Shown here piece by piece: positions 10,928 to 25,541 of a stretch of 64,000 bases of DNA. This stretch comes from Bugula neritina (taxonomy: Eukaryota; Animalia; Bryozoa): NCBI GenBank assembly GCA_964035545.1, contig OZ037767.1, positions 6,836,707 through 6,900,706 on the forward strand, given 5' to 3'. Made by a program: the position numbers and the translations under genes. How positions within the stretch are numbered: the first letter of the stretch is position 1; each line of letters starts with the position of its first letter. The notes below the pieces were generated by a model. That model was not told the DNA's origin. It saw nothing but the letters and a program-made list of their open reading frames with translations, and searched no databases.

Positions 10928-11232
10928 TGTTATATTTTTCAGATTTAGGGTTGATGTGCTATCCAGAGAGTCTATTTATTTACTATAGAACTACACCAGG
11001 ATAAGTCGAGTGAACGAGTATATTTTACACACAATTATACATTATCAAAACGATACATTATCTCCAAACAAGTTACACATCTAATCTATTTCACACTCTA
11101 GCTTCGACTGAGTTAGCAGCGGGAAACTACAATTGCTGCTAACTATCAACTACGCTAATTGGCTATCCATTGTTCCGGGTCAATTACGCGACCCTACATG
11201 TTGTGCTGCTGGTAGTTCCACGAACCACCACA
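10928..11232 (-). repeat. 5' LTR of element 1
   Basis: Direct repeat of 3728-4032, adjacent to the PBS. Confidence 0.97.
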
Positions 11233-12562
11233 ATATTCCAAAATAAATGTATTAATATATTTGAATAACATTTAGCAAAAATAATCAAATTGAACAAGGT
11301 TTGTCCCCCAATTTTTGCATGTATTATAATATCAATAACGGCCAATGTATGTTCTGTCAAATTTTTGTAATAGGCTTATAATACAAAAGCAAGACTAAAT
11401 GAAATTCAGCTTAATCTCTGCCAAATATATAAGTTCTTTTTTAAGAATATATAGAAGTGCTTGCTAAATCAACTCCGACTCATTTAAATAATTTTTTGCC
11501 TAATTTTTTGTGTATAATGTTTCATATTCTCACTATAACCATTTTAATCCTTGCAGGCAATATTTCTCATGCTCAGGCTTTATTTATTTTTCAAAGCAAC
11601 GTGGAGCATTTCTGAAGGTTTTGTAATAATTTATGTATATTTGTTGCATATGATGGAAGAGCCTATCTTACCTAGGTACCAAACATTCAACTATTACAAC
11701 AAACAAATACGAAAATAAAAAAGATAAACCTAATAGCTCCACCACAATTCTATATGAAAATAATGCTGCTAATAGTTGAACATTCAAATGACTCATTTAA
11801 TATATAGTATTATAAAAAATATTTTACATATTAATAGCTGAAAATATAAGTAAAAATACTTTATATTTCACAGGATATTTTCAATATAAATATGCCAAAA
11901 GTATTATAATCAAATATAACATACTCTTGGGAAGTATAGTAAAGGTACCAGGGCTCTCCCTACAATAAGTGTCTGTTGGGGTGGGAATGAGAGAGCACCC
12001 TAATTACATATTTTGAGCCTGAAATTATGAGCATGGTGCACCCAACGATGGGGCATAATAAACACTTGACTATAATATAATTCTGAATTGGCATTACACA
12101 AGTTAGGTTGCCATTAGGTTGTGGGAGTTATTCTCCATTGCTAGGTACAAAATTTACCAGAACACTCAGAAATGCCAAATTTGTCAACTTCCAATTTAAG
12201 GGGATTCTCTAGAGATTAAATAAATGGAAGCTATTACTGATTATACACACTAATTATTAGCATACATTTTAGTTTGCGCAGGGGCATAATTGTCTTACCA
12301 CTACTCTAGGAATAATATTGATTAACAAGTAGTTTCATATAGCCTACTATTTTTAGAGTAGTGAGACTATATATAGAACTTTAACTAAGGTCCTAAATAA
12401 TACTTTCAGTTTATAGGATGGTGAGTGGTGAGGTAATGAGTGAGACCCACGTATCAGTCATTCCAGCCAAACCTTCAACTGATTTCAAAAACAGTCCTTT
12501 CTCTTAATAATACACAACCACTAAAAACATTGAAATGAATGTTCTAGAATCTAGATCTTGTG

Positions 12563-15500
12563 CTAGCTGGGTTTACTGGATGCTTGTTTTCGTTCCTGTG
12601 GACTGAAGTGTAGAATAGTGGCAATAGCATTAAATATTGCTTGTTTACCAACTGGATCTGTCGCAATCATATATCTATATACAATGTTCTTTAGATATTC
12701 TAAATTGATTCCCTCTCTGGACTGAGTTCTGTCTAGCCTTCGGATCTCTTCTTTTAGCACCGCTACAACGGTATTAGCACAATGCTTACATACTAGTAAA
12801 TAGTGTAATAATGAGAAAAGTTGAGAAAAAATGTCTTTATTATAGGTTTACATGTGTGTTGTGTGTACCACAGCAAGTCATTTACCAAGTTGCCAGTTTG
12901 GTGAAAGGCTCAGTCATCAGTCAGCTTAAAGAACCTTCATGTAATTAATTTAATTAAATGATTTATGTAATGAAAAGTTTGATACGTTCAGCTTCATTAT
13001 TATTATTATTTATTTCTGTGTGAACATTGTTGATATAGCCTTAATAGTAACAGGCGTAGTAGTAATACTCAAATTTAGGAAGTAAAAACGTACTTCTTTA
13101 TTATTTAATGCAGTAATAGCCGAGTATCACAGTAATATGAGTACTAATACGTATGAACAGTAGCATGTAGTAACACTGAAGTACCAGAGAAATGAAAGGC
13201 TCTTACATAACTGTTCCAGGTGCTGCTCTTCTTTAAGGCTCATATTAGACCGTAGATCATGAAGCTCGGCCTCCAGATCACGCTTCTGTTTACGCAGTGA
13301 AGTTATTTCAAGATGACTTCTAGAGAGTTCTTGGTGGAAATGTATGAGCTGGTTTGATGATGAAGTGTCAGTGTGAAACAGTTCCTCTACAGGAGATTCT
13401 ACTTCCCCCTTGTTAAAAAGTAGAAGGCTTTTTATAAACTTCACAATTCAAATATAATATAAATTACATTGAGTTCATTTAAAGAAAGATATTGCCAACA
13501 TATGAAATTTTTACATGCATATGTAGATGGAAGGAAACAAAAAATATTCAACAAAGTAATTTCATCTAAATTATTATTGTAAGTATATGTAAGTATAGTA
13601 TATAACTAAATACACATGTAGATGAAAAGGACTTATAGTAAGTATATAATCCTCCTACTTGCTGCTCACTATATGTCTGGATAGTTTGGGACGGCCGTCC
13701 AGGGTGCAGCTTCTCTCTCATCATCTCAATCTCTTTGTCTTTCTCAGCAAGCAGCGTTATTGTCCTGTCTCTATGCTGCCGCAATCTCTGCTCGGCATCA
13801 GAGATTTTTTGATGACATTCTGCTTGGTTAGCAGACAACTCCTAAACAGAAATAAAAACCCAGTTTTAAAGTGTGCAACCCATTCCTAAGCAAAAGCCTA
13901 AAAATAAAAAGCGTAAAATATAACAATACATTAAAAGGCAAAATCCCAATGCATTTATTCAAAAGTCTGACAATTCTAAATTAATGAGTTTTCAGAAAGA
14001 CTACTATTGAAATAGAAAATAATCACTTGAGAGAAGACAACTCCTTAAAGTTATTATGATTATGTTGAATTGTAATGTTTGTCAACAGAACAAGCAATAT
14101 TTTAAAATATTTTAGATGCCATTTGCCAACTCTGTCATTACTTTATGGGTAAGACATAAAAAAAATTGATAAATGCATTCTAATACTGGAAAGTCGATAT
14201 AACAGCTATAGCTGCCAAGCTGCAAACTCACGGAATTTGGTTTGAAAGACCAGGAAATGATGTACAGTGAAAAATGAATTTTTTTTAAATGCTTCAGTAT
14301 AAGCTGAACAGAATTTCCACCTGTTTATGTATAGAATGCAGGTTGGTTATAGATTGACGTAACTCTGCTATAGTTTGTTGAGACAGGTGATCATCAGTTT
14401 GATGTTTCTCAAAGCTACCTCGTAGCCTCTCTTTCAGTTCTATGATTGTATTCCTCAGATCCTCAACTTCTTTGCTGTTATTCTGATCCTGCCATATCAA
14501 TTCATAACCAAAATACAGAGAAATAAACTCACACGCAATTAACTAACAATACTTAGCTTTTCTATTCACAATGAGTTAATTAGGAATCCTTTCACCCAAC
14601 CTGATGCAATCAGCTTATACCTTGGAACTTTTGTTTTTAAGCACAGACTGAGCCCGAAGCTTATATCTCTCAAACTCTTCTTTCAATTGAGAATATTCTT
14701 CATCACACTTTTTGTGGAGTCGAGTTTCGTCCATGAATATCTCACCAACCACAACTGCAGTACAAAAAGCAGATGGTATAAATACTTTTGATGCATGTAC
14801 CAAATGACAAATTTGCAGCTCAAACGGATCTCAAATAAAATCCTTACTATTATATTCGAGATGAGAGTGTTGCACTTCACAAGCCTGCTGTAATGAGGTC
14901 TTTAGATGCTTGAGTTTGTCAACTAACTCCTCTATTCCAAGGTTAGTATCATCAAGAGAGGGATTAGCTACTTTAGCAAGTGCTGTGTTTTCCTGATCCA
15001 ACTGCAAAAAAACAGGTATACATCTAATGACTTAGATAAATAGGTACACATGCTAGAACTTGTACAAAAGGTGACGTCCGTACAACAAATCAACGATTGT
15101 AATATAGACATATATCACATAATATAGACATATATCACATAATATAGACATATATCACTTAGCAATATAGATAAAGACTACATAGCAGTATAGATATAGA
15201 CTACATAGCAATATAGATATAGACTACATAGCAATATAGACATAGACTACATAGCAATATAGATAGAGACTATATAGTAATATAGATATAGAATACTTAG
15301 CAATATAGATATAGACTACATAGCAATATAGATATAGACCACTTAGCAATATAGATATAGACTAAAACAAACAGGCAGCTAAATTACTCACGACAAGCAA
15401 CCATTACACAAATTGAAACGGTACAAACCAACAACTAACCTGTGTAACTCTTTCCTTGAGTTTCTGTATGGAGATCTGGTCAGTGTACTTCAGTTTCTCA

Positions 15501-18008
15501 TAGTTACCAACCATGTCACTGAGCTGAGATATTTTACTCTCCAACTCACTGATTCTCAACTCCGACTTTCTCGCTATCTCCCGCAATCGGTTTTCAGCTT
15601 CATCTGCTCTTTCTTGCTCTAAAAGGTCCAAAATACTTACTCATCAAGTATGAAGAGCTTATTCGCAAACCTTACTGTATTACAAGGAAAGAAAGTTTTA
15701 TAATGAATAGGTAAAGTGAAAAGTTAAGTTAGCGATAATTTTTTAGAGTATTTGAAAAAAATAGGATTGATAATTAAAAAGTACATAACACTTTAGAAAA
15801 ATTTAAATACAATAATTGGCAATACTGTTAAAAACTTTCCAACAGTAGAAAACATGAAAAGGTGGTGTGTTCAGACAGTGTATACAGAGCAGTAAACATA
15901 CTACAACACAACACGAACAAAACACTGAATGAGAGAAATGACACCCACCTTTTACCATACTCGCCGCATGTTGCTTCTTGATATCAGCAATCTCTTGCTG
16001 AACCTGAGAGATCATCAACTGCTGGTTGGCCCGGTTTTCATAGTCTCTCACTTTCAGCTTCATTTCCTGCAGCTGACTTGTCAGATCAGCAATCATGACC
16101 TCATAGTTCTCCGTGTGGGTTGGCTGCTGCCTAGTGATCTGCAGCTCCTTCTTCAAGTCTTCCACCTAGGGTCAGAACAATGTACCCAGTGTCAATACAG
16201 ACAGCACTAACCTGTCAAGCATAATGATGCAAGTCACTAACAGCTTTGCCTTTCTGTGCTCCTCTTTATCAAACAAATCACCATACACTATATACATTAT
16301 CATTGAATATAATACAGACACCACAGAATTAATAAACACTAAAGTTTCGAACGGACACCAACTCATGGAGCACACTGATGCAAGTCACTAAAAACTTCAC
16401 TTCTCTGTGTTACTCTCTACTAAACAAATCACCATTTAAAATAATTCACAAGTTCCATGGAGCAGAGTCAAATTTGTGAAGCACAATGACATAAGTCACT
16501 AAAAACTTTACTACATTATGCTAATAACCATTAAATATAATTCAAAAGTGATACGATGCAGAGTCTACTAGAAGCATTGGCCGCAGCTACAGCAAGCCTG
16601 CACGTATACCACATGCGAGTATAATACTGCACTGTATTACTGCGGCAGGTAGTACCTGGTGAACCAGGTCCTCCTTTTCACTCATCCTATCGTTGATATT
16701 TTTATTCAGCTCCCTCAACATAGCAGCATGATCCGCCTGTTCTCTTTCTCTTTCCATCTGCTCCAACCGCAACTTCTTCTTTAACTAAAGTTGTCAAACA
16801 CTTTCTATAGCAAAAGGCTACACGACTGTTGAATACTTTAAGAAAAAAAGCCATATCTGCAGATTTATACCGCAGAGAAACTAAAAATTATTTGTGACAG
16901 CGGCTAAAAGTACTGAATAACCTTGAACTTTGTAATCTCACTCAAAAAGTCAGCTTACTTCAGAGGATAACGAGAGATTTTTGGAATTCTCCTCCATCAC
17001 AGTTTCCAAGCTTTCCTCAACTGATAATAACTTCTCCTCATACTCTTGCTGTGATAAAATGCAAGATTCATACAGGTTAGTAGTCCCAAAAGGGATTAAT
17101 TGACTGAATGAAAAAAGTCTAATATTATTATAAAGCTTTGACAAATTGTTGATGGCAGATGGAACTAATAATTATACATTCAAAAAGTAAAATTATTTTG
17201 CAACTTGTTTTCCAACTATAAAGAAACGCAAAAGTAAGGAAATTTTTGAACATTTACTGGTTTAGATATATAGCTATATAGATTTTAAAGAATATGCTGG
17301 TTTACAAACCTTAAGAGTTTTTCTCTCTGCAATAGCAGCTGACTGAATTTTCTTTTTCTCCTCTAATAGATCCGTCATAGACTTACTCAGCCGGTCAATT
17401 TCCTCTTGCTGAGACACCTAGACATGTTATCATAAGATAAATACAAAGGCAAACATTTTAGATGAACAAAAACTACCGACGGCCAATTTCAAACATGTTG
17501 CGTCAACAAATTCAACTTAGTAGACATGCTGTATTTGGTTAATTTAAATAATAAACTAATATAATAAGTTTAGATTAAACAGGTTTTTTTAGATATATCA
17601 GAACAAATAATCTACACTTAAATTTTGTAAATGACTTGTTAAGATTCTCAATAACAGAACCTCTTCAGTGCTGATCTCAGCAGCACCATCTTCCTCCAAG
17701 CTCAATGAGTTTTGAGGCTGTTGGTTGCGTCTAGCCGCAGCAGCTCTAAGAGACTTTACCGTTGCTTGAAGAGTCTCATTTTCTTTTATTTGACTTTTAT
17801 ATGCTGCTACCAAATCTGAAAACATTTTATTTTACTGGTAGTTAATGGGACCTAAATACTTTTAAAGTAAAATCAATAAAAAATGCTTCCACTATCAAAC
17901 TACATTTTGAAAGTGCTCATAAATACCTTTTATTTTAGTCTCATATTTGTGAATTTTCTCTTTCTGGCTTTCCAACGTTTTAACTAAGTCGCTTTTTGTT
18001 TCAGTCAT
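12563..18008 (-). CDS. GCC1: GRIP and coiled-coil domain-containing protein 1 (GCC88-like golgin), multi-exon
   Basis: N-terminus MTETKSDLVKTLESQKEKIHKYETKIK/DLVAAYKS; internal EEFERYKLRAQSVLKNK; C-terminal GRIP domain EGINLEYLKNIVYRYM..ATILHFSPQE; GT-AG exons between. Confidence 0.9.
15099..15363. repeat. Intronic minisatellite (about 3 x ~20 bp, then about 9 x 23 bp TAGCAATATAGATATAGACTACA)
   Basis: Tandem units read directly. Confidence 0.9.
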
Positions 18009-20515
18009 TGTCTTAAAAATATCAATGTCATTGGAATGAGCAGACAAAATACCAGTATAAGAATTACCATCACTTACAATACACTTATCAATACTTACTT
18101 ATAAAAACAAAAAAATTCAAAATGGTTATTAACTAAATTTATATTATAGCGCTGTTTACTTAAAAAGGTAAAAGTTAATTTTAATGTTCTGAACTACTAT
18201 AAGTAGATATGAATCAATAAATGCAACTATTTCAGTAACTCAAGTTATAGCAAAGCATTTGTATTACTCTTTTTTTGCCTGCACATAAAATTTAGTGCTA
18301 ATCTTATGTAACACTTAAAAAACAGCTGGTTTCCTACAGTTCTTTAAAAGCTGGTAGTTGAATATATTTTAAATTTAAATATACCCTTACAGGTTAGTAA
18401 CTTTATTAAAAACAAATAAACAAGAAACATACTTTTTGTTTACTACTTTATTCATATAATCAAATAAAGTAAACTTATATATCGAACATCACTGTATCCA
18501 TTTTCAGAGTTTTTTGAATGAGACTTAAATGTTGGAATGTCTCTTTCAACTGCATGCATAACCCTTTCACCTTGTGTCATGCATACAGTTTAATTTTGTT
18601 GATGATAATACTCTCGATTAAAAGAGAGCCATGCAATGTTTTCATCTAGTTATGACGAACTGTTAAATTCAAATCCAATAATTCGATCAATTAACACAAG
18701 ATTTGCCAAGAAAAGAAAATTACCATCTATTTCTTCATGCTCACAAACCTTTCACAACCATTTTTCTCCCTTGAATCATGAGAGATTTGAAATACTACTT
18801 TATAACACAAACTCCGCATAGCTAATGCTATGCGCTAAAATCTCAGACCTACACATTTTACTTTTTAGTTAATGATTAAAAACTTAACTATGCCACACAC
18901 TAGAATCAATATATTCCAACATAAACATATGATGAACAAAAACAAAAAACACAAGATCAAAATGAAGAGGCACTAATAAGTTTTAACGGGGTGAGTTAAG
19001 ACTATAACTATAAGTATAAGAGTAAGAATAAGATTACTACAATCATAATGATAACTACACTCACACTGATAGTGATAATCTTTAATAAATAAATCATACT
19101 GTTTTAGTTGTGTGTTATATTTATTAAAGTACTAAGGGTAAAAGTAACTGTTACTGTTTCAGTCTAACCCTAAGAGTAAGATAAACTTAAAGTTGAAGTA
19201 ACACTAAGATTAAGACTAAGACTGGGAGCAAGAGTAAGACTAAGAGTAAGACTAAGTTTTACTTCAACTCCAAGTTTAACATACAATCACCAACTAACTT
19301 TAAGCAGAAAAGTAGCTTTTTATTCTTTTTACACTAAAGTAGTTATATCAAATGTTGTAAAATTTTACTTAATGTGAATTGTAAACATCAGTAGGAGCTT
19401 ATTTGTCAGATTTGTTTGCACTAAACAAAGTTCAACAACGAAAAATTTGGCAAAACTCAGTTGCTGGGACTGTAAAACCGGAAACGCTTAGTAGTTTAGC
19501 CTTGACTTGGGAAAATTCGTTGACATCTTCGTAGATTTTGTTGTTGTATATTATTTGCCTCTTTTCATTCGTAATAACTTTGATTTTTTACGGCTAGAAT
19601 TTGTATCCAAAGCTTTTAAACTTTAGCACGTGTGTACTTTCTCTTGAATGTTAATTGGGTGACCTGCTACTATTAGAATTGAAATCATTACCACAGCTGT
19701 ATTTCATTTAGTTCACAGACATGTAAACTAGATTAAAGTGCGTCTATTGAGCAAAATATTATTTTCTACTATACGCAGTAAACATTTTTTATTCAGGTAA
19801 TACTAATAGTGGTCTGTCGCGTTTCTTGAGCTGACTATTTTTAAACTGAAACTGATTTCTAGTTTTACTTTTACTTTGCATTCTTGGTTTTTATTTCATT
19901 AGAATCTCATTCTTATTCTCATTCTGGTACTCAGTCTCATACTAACACTTACACTGTGTGGATAATTAAAAAGAAGCAGGATCAAGTGATATTTCTTTTG
20001 GCTGTTCTACTAACAAATACTAATAGGTAGGCTACTATTAGTATTATAATTAGTATTTGCTATTGTTATAGTTGCTGTTATCAGACTCAGTACCACCATC
20101 AGTTATGAGTTATGGCCATATTGATACTGACACTAAATTTAATTATAGTTTAAATTTAATTTGAATTCAAATTAGCACATACTCATTCATAGACTTGGAT
20201 AATTTTAATTTTAGGGTGATACTGGTACTGATAGTCACTTGAGAGTAAGAATAAAGTAAAATTTCACACTTGGTATTACATTTAGTTTTACTCTAAAGCT
20301 AAAAGTAAAAAATATAATTCTTTGATATTATTTCTATTAAATACTATTTTATAGTCATAGACCTTGAATTTGATGTTCATGCTCATAGTTATTTCAGGTT
20401 TAGTAATTTACATCATGATCATCATACTATAAGTATTAGTATTTTTGCTTTTATTTAGCATAGTGATAGATTTAGAAGTGTGAACATTCTCTCCAATTCT
20501 GAACTCAAAATCAAG

Positions 20516-23500
20516 ATGGCTCAAGCAGTAGAGCGTATGTGCCCAGCTGTTAAATTTGCTGATGACTGTGATTATAACCAACAATCAGAGCATGAAAAGA
20601 CTGCAGAAAAGAAAAGAAATTTGACTATGAAATATGGACAAGAACAACGAAACATTGTCAAACGACGATTGAGATTAGAGCATTGGCTAGATGCTGAATT
20701 GAATAAACTTTATGGGATAACTGTAAGTGCATAATTTTAAATAGTGATTATATATTATCATGTCAAATTAGTAAATGTGAGAAGTATAAAGTATAAGCAT
20801 TCAAATTATTAATTCATGGACGAATGTATACATGCTGAAAGAAATGTCTGTAACCACAAAATCTTAAGATGTTGATTTTGAATAATTCCTTTGCTTATAT
20901 CCTCAAAATACTATATACTGTTAAAGGCGCTGCATAGCTAGTTATCATCATAAATTGTAAATGTAAAATAGTATCTGCTAGCTTATCAATGTTACTCAGT
21001 ATTAGTGATAAATAAGTATTGGGCCATAGCTCGTATGTCGGACGTATTCAATTTGCCCATAATCACAGGCTATGTAAATTGTTTGCAAGAGTGCTGGGAG
21101 AAGAATATACTATTGATATGATATTTTAGCTGCTACACAAAATGCTTGATAATATTAATATAAATTATTCATGCAGATAAGTCATTGGTAAAAATTGATA
21201 ATTGTCATCACTTTGATAAAGTTTCTTTCAAGTCTGGATCTGTTATAAATACTCATTGTATTGTGTGTTTGTATGATAGTATTAGTAAATAATCTGGTAA
21301 AAAAGCCTTTCAACTTCATTTTCAGAAATCATAAACATGACTGACCTTTAATCGCACTGAAAAGCAAGCCAAAGGGTCATAATTTCAACACTAGATAGAC
21401 TTAGTGTTGTCCCATGAATCAATCCTCTATGCTAACGCATCAAGTGAAAGAATACCATGTTTGATTTCACTTCAGTTTCTAAATGGTCTCTAAATTAATC
21501 TTCAGATTAAAACATCATCTGAATATTTTGCATGCAGTTATTACAAATGACTTGCCAAATCTGTGTTTTAGAAATTCTCTGTTCTGATAATAGTCACTTT
21601 GCAATGAAAGAAAACACTACAAATCTTTCATCCTATACATTTATCCTTTGAGATGTTCAATGATAGGATTTGGTTCTCTTTTGAATTTGAAATTATTGCA
21701 TAATTCCAAAGGCATATATTTGATAGCTTCACTTTACAAAGTGGAGGGAAGTAAAATTTAATTCACACAGTCAGTATGTAACTAGAGATCTTAAGATGAC
21801 AGATTTGATACTAATAAGTTAGTAGCTGGTATTGTCATCACTGTGAGTAAGAGCTGTGCTATTCTATTAATATTCTGTATTTGAGGTCAGTAACTCTAAC
21901 TATGCATACAAACTGCATCAGTATGGCAGCTACTGGTACTAATGTATGTTACTCAGTCACCTACTATTCAACTTTTCATCATAATCCTCACAAAAATTGG
22001 GAATATGTCAGGTTGTTGCAATAATTTTTGTGCAATAAATCTTTCACATATGCATACTGAAGGTATATTTATATCCAATTTACATGAATATGGCAGATTA
22101 ATGTGCATAACATGCCAATTGTCACTATGCCCATGTTTCAAATTGTTATATAAAACTATCAGAAAGCATTGAATTGCCCAATTCATCATGTTTTGTAATT
22201 TCAAAATGTGAGATAACATTAGTTATTCAGGTTACTAAATTATTCAAAACTATTCTAATCAATCATTAAATTAAATTCGATGAAAAGAGAGGCATGTTCT
22301 TTCTAAATGCTTTGAATTAGAGAACACTGAAAAATAAGTCATTTCGTAGCTTGCTTCATTACTTATAATAAATTTGTATATGATTTGTTGAGTCTGATAT
22401 CTTGAAATTTTCACTCAGGCAATTATTGTGCATATAGATCTCAATCTCATTCTACTTTGGTAAATATTGGCAGAAGCAACTTTCCTCCATTTTATACGAC
22501 TTCAGACTTAAAGTGTCAACAGGATATGAATTAACATTTGTTGTTGAATGAATCTTATTTTTAGTATTTAGAACAGTGAATAATTTATATTACTTTATTC
22601 ATCCCATTGTCTGTTGTTAGCATCCTTATCATATTTACTCAAATTTATGCATTTTGTTTCCATGTGTGACTTTTGTCCACAGAATCATATTGAGCAAACT
22701 TGTATTCACGACTCGTACTATATTGTATGGGAAACTATTCTAAGCCTCTTTATCACTATAAAGCTGGTGGGAATGTAGATGTAATGGGTGTGATAATAAT
22801 TTCATTCAATTTTTTTACCAGCATCATATTGTGTTGACCTATAATCCGAGTACTTGCATTCTTGCTTCATTGTAAACACAGGACACTATGAAATCATGAG
22901 GCCATCATGATTTGGTGCTAATATAATCTACTCCATAGCCAGGCTAATTTGTGTTTATTAGCCTCATTTACAACAAGCATCAAATTGATAGTTATTGATT
23001 TATTAATTGATATAATCAGCAATTCTTATGTTTTGGTGGTAGGCCCCATTGTTGCACTATTGTACCGTGCTAGTTGCCACTGCTTGTCATAGGGAAGGTC
23101 ACACTCTTCAGCTCACTACCTCTCTATTCTCTAAAGTCTCCCATTGATTATCTTATCTCTATTAGCATTTATAGCTTGCCTCTTGTATTACATTATAGTT
23201 GATGAATAATTCAGCTAATGTATGCTTTTATAGGATCCCAACGATACCCACCCTTGTGATCCAGATCTTGATGAAATTATTAAACTGGATACTGAAGATG
23301 AGAAGCGAAAGATGATTATGGTAGGCTAAAGCAGCAGTTCATGCAGTGTGTTATTGTTTGTGGTGTCAAAATTTGTACTTCTCAGTAAACACAAGCACAT
23401 GACAACCACTTGTATTTACTGTGAGCTTCATTTAGATTGTAGAACAATCTACTGGGCTACACAAATTATGTCAAAATGATGGAAAACAGACATTGCTATA

Positions 23501-25541
23501 ACATGTTAGAATTCTAAACACAAGTTTGAAATTTTGTATTTCAAAATCTATGCAAATATGACTATTGCCCAAGCTAAGCTAAAAATAAATTTATCAATAT
23601 TGCCCAACTTGCTTCTAGTAAGTACTGCAGTAAATATTCCCATGTGTGGGTCACCATGGCTCAAGTGTTTATCTCTACTGGAGAAACACAACCTTTAAAC
23701 ATGACTCATACAGAACTTTCTGGTAGGAAATATTCAGCATATTCAGTGGGACAAGTCTGTATTCAACAGAAACACTGCAGACTTAGCATAGTCTAAACTC
23801 TACACTTTAAAGTATAGTTAAGATATGCTGGTAGATAGATGCTGTAGGGAGGGGGGGGGGCGGCAGACTGTAACCTCCAGAAGCTGCTTCTGCGGTTAGG
23901 AATAGAGACTATCAATTTTACCACCTTATGACAATGTCTAGTTTATAGAATTAAAAAACCTGTTCCATAATGAATGCTGAAAGGATACTGTTTTTCTATT
24001 GCTTTTAATGCTATTGAGATGATTTCACTAAATGGTATTTCATCAAGTATTTCAACATACTTGGCACAACTCTTCAAAAGGTGGTGAACTTTACTAGGGC
24101 TTTGATTCAAACTCAAGTGATCAATTCATTTGAAACAATGTGTTCCTATTAAATATTTGGCAGGTTTTCTTAAATCAACATTTTTCTGAGATTTCTGAAA
24201 TGCAACCCAATTCTGTTGAAGGTAGGTGCTGTAATGGAGACATTGAGAATAGCCTGTGTTCTATATTAGATATATGTAGTAAGAGTTATGTTTTCATCCC
24301 AAACCAAAATTGATTAAAAAACTTAAAGAACTTAGGCTATCTCAATTTTTCTGCTGCTGCACCTAATAGTTTATTTCTTTATATCCCTCCTAATGCGTTT
24401 TCAGAATTTTGCCCACTATATACCATGCACTTTTCTTTTGGGTAGAGCTTCTTTACTGTTTGTCTTTTAATTTTTTACAGGAGATGATAATTTCTTGTAA
24501 AGAAGCAGACGAAGTATTGCAGGTGGGTAGAAAGCCTTCAACTACCCCCCCCCCCACTATTGGCTAAAATTTTTCAGAGATAAAATATCATGTCATTCAC
24601 TAGCTTTGTAAAACTAAAATAAAAATAAATTCAATTAAGTCCCCCTTCTGTCTTCTCAACATGATCCATGGGGTGTTATAATGTGCTGTAAGATATGCTG
24701 TGTTTAATGGGTGGGGTAGGAGTGTGATTCTGAGAGCATTGAGAAAGTCTGATATACTTTGTAGTATAGTTTCTGTAGCATAAAACTGCTCCACTCTAAA
24801 AATAGAGCATCTTATATCTGTGATACTAATATTTATGTAAATTGCATTAAAATTCCTTGATGTCAACATGCTCAGCTGAAGTCTTGCAATAATTTATTAG
24901 CTTTCTCTTTGTTCTTCACTGGCACAATGTGCTAAATTACAATTCCGTGATTTACCCAACTGCCAGCACTGTTTCTTCAATACCACATCTTACAACACTA
25001 GTATAAGGGGCTGTAGCTTAGAGCCCTGTTTGAGATTATAAAATAATATTTTAACAACAATTTTATTGTATGTAACTTGGGCTCTATGCACAAATTGATC
25101 TGACACCAAAACTGGGGCATGCCCCATTTTTGGGGTTTGCTAAATGCTTAAAGCATTTAGGAGCAGTAGTGACGAAATTGAGATAGCCTAAGTTCTATCA
25201 TTCTATTATTAAATTTTGGTTTGGGAGCGAGTTGAAATTCTCGCAAGAACTTAACTTCTCTTACTACATTTTTAATCTAGAACACAGGGTTTTCGCAAAT
25301 TCTCCATTACTGCACCTACCTCAAAGCAAGTGACCATATGAACTAGCCTTGAGACAGTTAATCTAAAATTTAATGTTTTTCTTGTTGGAAAATCGTAGCT
25401 AGTTTCTATACCAACTTAATAGTACAATTCGTGTATATGGCATTGAATCTGTACATACTGCTGTACTCTAACTAGAACATTTTGTGCTCCTATTTGCAGG
25501 TATTTGTTAATGAGTTATTAGAAAAGATGAAGGCACTTTGA
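20516..25541 (+). CDS. PPP1R14: PP1 inhibitor of the PPP1R14 (CPI-17/PHI-1/KEPI) family, 125 aa; exons 20516-20722, 23234-23320, 24481-24522, 25500-25541
   Basis: RNLTMKY (cf. RVTVKY phospho-Thr motif), RRLRLEHWLDAELNKLY, DLDEII, FVNELLEK; all introns GT-AG, phase 0. Confidence 0.9.
24220..25321. repeat. Imperfect ~150-bp inverted repeat pair (24220-24366 / 25157-25321), MITE-like, bracketing PPP1R14 exon 3
   Basis: AGGTAGGTGCTGTAATGGAGA vs TCTCCATTACTGCACCTACCT; AGAACTTAGGCTATCTCAATTT vs AAATTGAGATAGCCTAAGTTCT. Confidence 0.8.

Larger units (their letters stand above)
3728..11232 (-). mobile_element. Full-length Ty3/Gypsy LTR retrotransposon (element 1, 7505 bp) with gag, pol and an extra ORF3
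   Basis: 305-bp TG..CA LTRs at 3728-4032 and 10928-11232 that look identical; ATAT TSD at 3724-3727/11233-11236; PBS; G-rich PPT; PR-RT-RH-IN order. Confidence 0.97.

Noticed and set aside
6113-11004. Many short plus-strand ORFs over element 1, and similar antisense ORFs at 51.4-55.7 kb and 59.8-61.1 kb
   Set aside because: Shadow frames of GC-rich coding sequence or LTR/UTR sequence; no motifs and no conservation seen between elements
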